Below, one piece after another: positions 60,860 to 64,000 of a stretch of 64,000 bases of DNA. The notes beneath the pieces are model-generated. The model did no database searches. It had not been told where the DNA came from and saw only the letters and a program-made list of their open reading frames with translations. The stretch spans positions 4,295-68,294 of the forward strand of contig CAVUDN010000042.1 of the NCBI GenBank assembly GCA_963740095.1, given 5' to 3'. Within the stretch, counting starts at the first letter, position 1. Each line of letters opens with the position of its first letter. Origin of the DNA: an uncultured Acidobacteriota bacterium (GTDB lineage: Bacteria; Acidobacteriota; Terriglobia; Acidiferrales; UBA7541). A program made the position numbers and the translations under genes.

Positions 60860-62272
60860 TGTCGCCGCAAAATGAGAATGTCCGGTTTGTGCAAAGTAGA
60901 AATGTCCGGTTTCATCCCAAGCGGGAGGCGGGATGGAAACGGAGCGGATCGAGTTGAGCGCGAGAGAACGGGAGCGGTTGAAGGTGCTGCAACAAGTGGA
61001 AGAAGGGCATCTGAAGCAGGTCGAAGCAGCCCGGCGGCTACGGCTGACCGATCGTCACGTGCGTCGTTTGCAAGAGCGGCTGCGCAGCGAAGGAGATCGG
61101 GGGATCGTGCATCGGTTGCGAGGCTGTCGTTCGAATCGAAAGATTTCCGAGGCAGTCCGGCAGCGCGTGGTGCGAGAGCTGGGCCGGGCACGGTATGCCG
61201 GTTTCGCTCCTACGCTGGCGGCCGAACATCTAGCGCGCCAAGGGATCGTGGTGAGCCGCGAAACGCTGCGCAGTTGGATGAGCGCCGCCGAACTGTGGCA
61301 GACACGCCGCCGGAGAGGGAAGCCGGTGCACGTGTGGCGGCCACGGCGTTCCTCGTTCGGCGAGTTGGTGATGATGGACAGCTCTCCATTCCGCTGGCTG
61401 GAGGAGCGCGGTCCGGCGTGCCATCTGATTGCGATGATCGACGATGCCACCAGCAGGGTGCGGGGCCGCCTAGTGAAGCACGATTCGACCGAGGAAAATC
61501 TGCGCACGCTGCGCGGCTGGCTGGAGCGATACGGGAGGCCGCTGGCGCTGTACACCGACAAAAACAGCCTGTTTGTGACCACGCGGAGCACACAGCGGCA
61601 CGAGCAGTTGCAGGACACCCCCGCGCGCACGCAGTTCGGCCGCGCGCTGGCGGAACTGGACATCGAGTGGATCGCGGCCCATTCGCCGCAGGCCAAGGGA
61701 CGCGTCGAGCGGCTGTTCGGCACGCTGCAAGACCGGCTGGTGAAAGAAATGCGTCTGGCGGGAATCGATACGCTGGAAGGGGCCAATCGCTTCCTGGAAA
61801 TCACCTTCTGGCCCTTCTGGGAAAAGCGCTTCACGGTCCGGGCGGCGCAAGGCCGTGACGCTCACCGGCGACTGGAGCGCGAGCATCGCTTGGAACAGAT
61901 CCTCAGCGTGCGCGTCGAGCGGACGGTGGGCTCCGATCACACGGTGGTCTGGAAAGGCCAGCGATGGGGCCTGCGGCGCGAAGAGGTCTGCGTCGGACTG
62001 CGCGGCGCTCGCGCCGAAATCGAAAAGCGGCTCGACGGCACGCACTGGCTGCGCTTCCGCGGCCATTACCTGCCGCTGCGCTCTTGTCCGGAAGCGCTGC
62101 GATCCGCAAGTCCTTCCGGCCTACGGCCTCCAGAACTTGCGGATCGCAAACCAAAACCCCCAACCCAAATCAAAACCCACTACAGCCCGCCTCCCGATCA
62201 TCCTTGGCGTAAACCATGGAAGCGGACATTTCTATCTGGCACAAAACCGGACATTTCTACTTTGCGTTGACA
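60860..62272 (+). mobile_element. Intact insertion sequence (1413 bp), ISNCY-family type, with about 50-bp imperfect terminal inverted repeats
   Basis: Left end TGTCGCCGCAAAATGAGAATGTCCGGTTTGTGC...; reverse complement of the right end TGTCAACGCAAAGTAGAAATGTCCGGTTTTGTGC.... Each end carries two AATGTCCG(G/C)TT subrepeats. A single transposase ORF fills the element. Confidence 0.85.
60933..62270 (+). CDS. DDE (rve/integrase-core) transposase, ISNCY family
   Basis: N-terminal HTH (RERLKVLQQVEEGHLKQVEAARRLRLTDRHVRRL), FAPTLAAEHL..GIVVSRETLRSWM, D in LVMMDSSPF, D in LYTDKNSLF, E in AHSPQAKGRVERLFGTLQDRLVKEMRLAGI. Confidence 0.9.
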   Translation: METERIELSARERERLKVLQQVEEGHLKQVEAARRLRLTDRHVRRLQERLRSEGDRGIVHRLRGCRSNRKISEAVRQRVVRELGRARYAGFAPTLAAEHLARQGIVVSRETLRSWMSAAELWQTRRRRGKPVHVWRPRRSSFGELVMMDSSPFRWLEERGPACHLIAMIDDATSRVRGRLVKHDSTEENLRTLRGWLERYGRPLALYTDKNSLFVTTRSTQRHEQLQDTPARTQFGRALAELDIEWIAAHSPQAKGRVERLFGTLQDRLVKEMRLAGIDTLEGANRFLEITFWPFWEKRFTVRAAQGRDAHRRLEREHRLEQILSVRVERTVGSDHTVVWKGQRWGLRREEVCVGLRGARAEIEKRLDGTHWLRFRGHYLPLRSCPEALRSASPSGLRPPELADRKPKPPTQIKTHYSPPPDHPWRKPWKRTFLSGTKPDISTLR

Positions 62273-62287
62273 CTCGCGCCCACGGAT
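62273..62287. repeat. Right copy of the target-site duplication, CTCGCGCCCACGGAT
   Basis: Identical to 60845-60859. Confidence 0.8.
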
Positions 62288-62341
62288 ATCGGATACGGAC
62301 GCGAAGATGTAATACACTCCTGAGCAGAGGAGGGTTCGCCC

Positions 62342-62800
62342 GTGACAGCGAAGTGCTTCGCCGCGATTTCTCTAGGAATTTTGCTGTCTTCGTCGGTCCT
62401 CGCGCAGAAACCCGTGCCACAGGACCTCTCCGGCACATGGATTCTTAACCCTTCCAAAAGCAAGCTGTCGAAGCGCACTGCGATCTATTCGGAGACCGTC
62501 GTTATCGTTCAATCCGGCCAGACTCTTCAATTCAGATTCACGTTCAACGGACAACCTGGCAGCAAGAAATACATTGTCGACGGCGAAACACATTTTGAAG
62601 GAGTGATTCTAGGCAGGAAGGTTGCATCGAAAGCGTCCTGGAGGGATTCGACGCTCGAAACGGAGGACCTCGTTGTTTCGGAGGCCAACGGACGGGCGCG
62701 AGTCGAGCGAAAGGAAGAATGGACGCTTTCCGTTGACAGTCGCACGCTTACGCGCGTGTCGCGTGATCCCAAGACCGTAAGCGTCTATGACAAGCAATAG
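62342..62800 (+). CDS. Small secreted hypothetical protein (beta-rich)
   Basis: Signal peptide MTAKCFAAISLGILLSSSVLAQ followed by LSGTWILNPSKSKL. I recognised no family. GTG start. Confidence 0.55.
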   Translation: MTAKCFAAISLGILLSSSVLAQKPVPQDLSGTWILNPSKSKLSKRTAIYSETVVIVQSGQTLQFRFTFNGQPGSKKYIVDGETHFEGVILGRKVASKASWRDSTLETEDLVVSEANGRARVERKEEWTLSVDSRTLTRVSRDPKTVSVYDKQ

Positions 62801-62861
62801 GTGCGGTAATGCAAACCTGTAGTTTGGTTCTGCCCCGCTTTCCAACCATGCGAGCCGTCCA

Positions 62862-63527
62862 CTACTTCAGCAGATAGAAAGGGTTCGGGAGCTTGAACAC
62901 GCGCTCCGAGCAGCAGCCGGCGAGATCGCTCGCCTGGTCGCCGATATTCAGCACGATCCGGTAGCCCTCGTCGACGATTTCCTGCCGGTCCTTCGGCTTG
63001 AAGACGCCCGCTGGCAGCTTGTTTCCGTCCGGTTGCATGATCAGCTCGGTCCAGCCGGAGTAGCCCGCCTCGTTCAGGTTCTTGATTGTCATGGCGCGCT
63101 CGGACTCCTGCCTTCCGGTGACGAAGAAAATCTTCACGCCCTCCGCCTTCGCGAAATTGTAAAGCCCAAGCACCGGAGCGATCGCGGGATCATGATCCTC
63201 GGGGTAAAGCTTCCGCTCCACTGCATACGAGCAGAACCCGCAGCCGGACATCGCTTCCCAATTCGAGAGCGAGGTTTCGTCGATATCGAACACGGCCGCT
63301 AGCTTGTCAGTTTTCGGTTCCGATTTCACGGCCGCAGCCAGATACTCCCGCGCCGAATCCGTCACCACCTGGATTTCGCGGTCGTACTCGCCATAGTCGT
63401 GGTAGTGCATCAACCGCTCGACCACGAGCGTGTGATTCTCCGGCTCCTGCGGAAAGCTCTGCGCGAAGATCGGGTACGCACCCCCGCACAACGCCGCAAG
63501 AACGAGCATCTGGACAAGTCTTTTCAT
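62862..63527 (-). CDS. Secreted HAD-superfamily class B acid phosphatase
   Basis: Signal peptide MKRLVQMLVLAALCGGAYPIFAQ. The DxDET motif in AVFDIDETSLSN, FFVTGR, and GDQASDL. Confidence 0.8.
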   Translation of the reverse strand: MKRLVQMLVLAALCGGAYPIFAQSFPQEPENHTLVVERLMHYHDYGEYDREIQVVTDSAREYLAAAVKSEPKTDKLAAVFDIDETSLSNWEAMSGCGFCSYAVERKLYPEDHDPAIAPVLGLYNFAKAEGVKIFFVTGRQESERAMTIKNLNEAGYSGWTELIMQPDGNKLPAGVFKPKDRQEIVDEGYRIVLNIGDQASDLAGCCSERVFKLPNPFYLLK

Positions 63528-63613
63528 CGGTCGGGCCTCACTTCTATCCAATTTGGTTGGAAGGAGTGTGTCTCGGAACTCGGGATTCGCGAAAGGCCAG
63601 CGAAGCGGAAGAT

Positions 63614-63907
63614 CTACACGCGAAAGTTCTGTCCAGTTGCGGCGCGCTTCCAATAGCCTCTTTGTTGAATCGGCCAGTTGATCTTGATCGCGCCATTCCG
63701 CGCGCACACATTCACGCAGCATCCGCAGTACCAGCACTCTTCCGGATGCAGGATGATCGGAGCGTCGCCACGCTCGGCCGCTGGAATAAACACATCGATC
63801 GGGCACACTTCCACGCAATCATTGCAGCCGTTGCAGATGGAAGGATCGATGATGACCGGTCGATTGGGAGTCGGTATGTTGGGAAGTGCGTATACCTTGT
63901 CTGGCAT
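63614..63907 (-). CDS. 4Fe-4S dicluster ferredoxin-like protein
   Basis: CNGCNDCVEVCP and CWYCGCCVNVC motifs. AGGAGG lies 8 nt upstream of the ATG at 63907. Confidence 0.8.
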   Translation of the reverse strand: MPDKVYALPNIPTPNRPVIIDPSICNGCNDCVEVCPIDVFIPAAERGDAPIILHPEECWYCGCCVNVCARNGAIKINWPIQQRGYWKRAATGQNFRV

Positions 63908-63919
63908 GGATCCGGCCTC

Positions 63920-64000
63920 CTAACGTTGCCACACGCCAGCATAGTCCCGGTTGTGGGCTTCGTAGTTGTTCTTCAGGTCGCCAGCGTAGTCGAGCGACCG
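63920..64000 (-). CDS. 3' end of an unidentified CDS running off the window (partial)
   Basis: Open frame ...LDYAGDLKNNYEAHNRDYAGVWQR, stop at 63920-63922. The SD of the ferredoxin gene lies immediately downstream of this stop, which suggests an operon. Confidence 0.4.
   Translation of the reverse strand, partial: RSLDYAGDLKNNYEAHNRDYAGVWQR

Noticed and set aside
63614-63907. The ferredoxin, considered as an AprB-like (adenylylsulfate reductase beta) subunit
   Set aside because: It is only 97 aa, lacks the AprB C-terminal extension, and its sequence does not follow the AprB pattern. The upstream partner is cut off by the window edge, so no specific assignment is justified.

Overview
This is a high-GC bacterial chromosomal segment. 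The gene content (a giant S53 protease with Ig-like repeats, GC-rich REP-like hairpin repeats, many small oxidoreductases) suggests a soil Acidobacteriota-like organism, but that is inference only. I found no tRNA, rRNA or CRISPR. The window falls into five parts. (1) 1-12.3 kb holds a TetR gene and a nine-gene minus-strand redox operon. The operon joins a Tat-signal-less molybdopterin oxidoreductase/4Fe-4S/NrfD module to a GlcD-GlcF-GlcD-like flavo/FeS module, an SDR and a TIGR04076-like protein. ORF-free, visibly AT-richer DNA flanks it, and the right flank carries a tyrosine-integrase fragment and paired palindromes. This operon is my best candidate for an undescribed system. (2) 12.3-27 kb is mixed: an M29 aminopeptidase, an ArsA/GET3-HSP20 ATPase with a coupled small protein, a DksA/TraR-like protein, AsmA, DUF4126, a 1442-aa sedolisin and aconitase. 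(3) 27-35.6 kb is a block of small oxidoreductases and hydrolases. (4) 35.8-60.7 kb is housekeeping: zwf-glk, a porin, a PP2C/kinase pair, an APC permease, hisS, aspS, mutL, cmk, DUF885, rho, lon, clpX, clpP and tig. The rho reading frame is broken by one extra nucleotide. (5) 60.86-62.27 kb is an intact ISNCY-type insertion sequence with a perfect 15-bp target duplication, sitting 160 bp upstream of tig. It is followed by a secreted protein, a class B acid phosphatase and a ferredoxin. All functional calls rest on motif recognition by eye in the supplied translations. No database search was run.
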